Shown here: positions 62,294-64,000 of the stretch, piece after piece
How positions within the stretch are numbered: position 1 is the stretch's first letter
Layout of the letters: the number at the start of each line of letters is the position of its first letter
DNA from: Burkholderiales bacterium
Lineage (GTDB): Bacteria; Pseudomonadota; Gammaproteobacteria; Burkholderiales; SG8-39
DNA length: 64,000 bases
Reading direction: 5' to 3'
Assembly: GCA_026416295.1 (NCBI GenBank)
Contig: JAOAFL010000016.1
Span: forward strand, 373-64,372
Program-made: the position numbers and the translations under genes
The notes under the pieces: generated by a model
Told to the model about the DNA's origin: nothing
Seen by the model: only the letters and a program-made list of their open reading frames with translations
Database searches by the model: none

Positions 62294-62318
62294 CCTCTTC
62301 CCCGGTGCGCGGGGGTTA

Positions 62319-63644
62319 CTACTTTTTCGCCTCCTCCTTCTTCGCCTCGGCGGCGGGCGCCGGGGCAGGCGCGGGCGCAGGCGCAGGCGCCGCGGCAGCC
62401 GGTGCCGGCGCAGGGCCCGCCGCCGCCTTGATGAACTCCTCGTAGGCGATGGTCTGGCCGCCCTTGACGATCGCCACCGGCTCGAGTTTTCCGCCCTTCA
62501 TCGTGAAGATCGTCATCTCGGCGTCCTTGCGGTCGCCCTTCTCGTCGAAGGCGATTTTGCCGGTCGCGCCGGTGTACTCGAGTTTCGCGAGCACCGGCAG
62601 GTATTTCGCCGGGTCGGCCGAATCGGCCTTCTGCATCGCGGTGATCAGCAGCTTCGCCGCGTCGTAGGTGAACGGCGCATACAGGATCGGGTCGGTGTTG
62701 AACTTCTTCTTGTAGGCCTCGAGGAACTTCTTGTCGGCGGCCTGCGGCGGAATGCCCGCCTGAGAGCAAAGCAGCCCTTCGGCCGCGTCGCCCGCGAGCT
62801 CCTTCATCTTGTCGGTGCAGGCGCCGTCGCCGAAGGTGAACACCGCCTTCATCCCGAGCTCCCTCGCCTGCTTGAGCAGCGGTCCGCCGGTCGCGTCCAT
62901 GCCGCCGTAGAACACCGCATCCGGGTTCCGACCCCGCAGTTTCGTCACCACCGCCTTCCAGTCGGTGGTCTTGTCGGTACCTTTCTCGCGCGCGAGCACC
63001 TTGATGTTGGCGGCCTTGAGCGTCTTCTCGACCTCGTTCGCGATGCCTTCGCCGTAGGCGGTCGCGTCGTCGATGATCGCGACGAGCTTCGGTTTGCGCG
63101 TCGCGGCGAGGTAACTCGCGATCGCCGGCCCCTGCTGGTCGTCGCGACCGACGGTGCGGAACGTCACCTTGAAGCCCTGTTCGGTGAGCTTCGGGTTCGT
63201 CGCCGAACCGGTGATCATCGGAATGCCCGCCTGGTTGTAGATCGCCGAGGCCGGGATCGAGGTGCCGGAGTTGAGGTGGCCGACGATGCCGGCGACCTTC
63301 GCGTCCACGAGCTTCTGGGCGACGGTCGTGCCGACCTTCGGATCGGCCTGGTCGTCCTCGTACACCCCGACGAACCTCGCTTCCTTGCCCTCGATCTTGA
63401 TCTTCGCCTCGTTCGCTTCGTCGAGCGCGAGGCGCACGCCGTTTTCGTTGTCCTTGCCGAGATGCGCAATGCCGCCGGTAAGCGGCGCGACGTGGCCGAT
63501 CTTGATCTCGATCGTCGGCGGCGGAGGCGGCGGCGCGTCCTTCTTCGCCTCCGCAACCTTCTTCTGTTCGGCCGGCTTCTCGCCGCAGCCGATCACGGCG
63601 AGCGAGGCCGCGAGGACGGTCAGTGCGAGCTTGGTGTTCTTCAT
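62319..63644 (-). CDS. livK: Branched-chain amino acid ABC substrate-binding lipoprotein
   Basis: Lipobox VIGC, GHVAPLTG, GHLNSGTSIPAS, TAYGEG, FDEKGD; Pro/Ala-rich tail. Confidence 0.92.
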   Translation of the reverse strand: MKNTKLALTVLAASLAVIGCGEKPAEQKKVAEAKKDAPPPPPPTIEIKIGHVAPLTGGIAHLGKDNENGVRLALDEANEAKIKIEGKEARFVGVYEDDQADPKVGTTVAQKLVDAKVAGIVGHLNSGTSIPASAIYNQAGIPMITGSATNPKLTEQGFKVTFRTVGRDDQQGPAIASYLAATRKPKLVAIIDDATAYGEGIANEVEKTLKAANIKVLAREKGTDKTTDWKAVVTKLRGRNPDAVFYGGMDATGGPLLKQARELGMKAVFTFGDGACTDKMKELAGDAAEGLLCSQAGIPPQAADKKFLEAYKKKFNTDPILYAPFTYDAAKLLITAMQKADSADPAKYLPVLAKLEYTGATGKIAFDEKGDRKDAEMTIFTMKGGKLEPVAIVKGGQTIAYEEFIKAAAGPAPAPAAAAPAPAPAPAPAPAAEAKKEEAKK

Positions 63645-63717
63645 GCGGTCTCCGTCGGAAAAAGGGGTTGAAATTGAAAGGCTTTTTGCAGGCCTGGGAT
63701 CATACCGCCAGACCCCG

Positions 63718-63748
63718 AAAAAAAGAAGGCCGCCCGGCTTGAGCGGCC
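63718..63748 (-). terminator. Intrinsic terminator after the cytochrome c gene
   Basis: Minus strand GGCCGCTC-AAGCC-GGGCGGCC followed by TTCTTTTTTT. Confidence 0.7.
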
Positions 63749-63775
63749 CGCGCTGGATGTCGGAGAGCCCGGCGG

Positions 63776-64000
63776 CTAACGGGTCGCCAGTATCCACTTG
63801 ACGAGCGCCCGGACATCGCCGTCCGGGACGTTCGGATTCGCGGGCATCGGCACCTGCCCCCAGACGCCCGCGCCGCCTTTTTTCACTTTCTCGACGAGCT
63901 TTGCCTCGGCGTCGCCCTGCCCGGCGTATCGCTTCGCGATCTCCACATAGGTCGGCCCGACGGTTTTGGCCCCCCTCGCGTTGTGGCACGAGACGCAGGC
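63776..64000 (-). CDS. Cytochrome c551/c552 (class I), 5' end outside window
   Basis: Translated by hand: ACVSCHNARGAKTVGPTYVEIAKRY...GGAGVWGQVPMPAN...LVKWILATR*. Absent from the ORF track. Confidence 0.9.
   Translation of the reverse strand, partial: ACVSCHNARGAKTVGPTYVEIAKRYAGQGDAEAKLVEKVKKGGAGVWGQVPMPANPNVPDGDVRALVKWILATR

Overview
High-GC (roughly 70%, estimated by eye) bacterial chromosome segment; gene content and synteny point to a Betaproteobacterium. The left third (1-21.4 kb) is accessory and stress related. It holds a FAD-oxidoreductase/DUF1365/CFA-type methyltransferase/photolyase cluster, a sigma54/NtrC-type cyanate ABC transporter with cyanase, a desaturase-DsrE pair, a CadR-regulated CDF exporter, an MNT antitoxin with a decayed HEPN toxin, and a large copper cluster (leader ORF, small secreted protein, TolC-like channel, two multicopper oxidases, cupredoxin, CusF-like chaperone, CopA/CopZ). 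The rest is mostly core: glmS/glmU, gltBD, aroKB, pilMNOPQ, mrcA, cyaY, lysA, an RND pump, an NYN protein, an ECF sigma/anti-sigma pair, cytochrome c4, yihA, hemB, dsbD/cutA, livKHMGF and a partial cytochrome c551/552. The most notable signals are (1) a secreted Cys/His-rich leader ORF ending in an RPP motif whose Pro-Pro codons can pair with the next gene's Shine-Dalgarno, a candidate copper-sensing ribosome-stalling switch; (2) a four-hairpin sRNA with a sigmaE-type promoter between yihA and hemB; (3) a laccase-like oxidase with Leu in place of the axial Met. All calls come from reading motifs by eye. No database searches were run, and start codons are best estimates.
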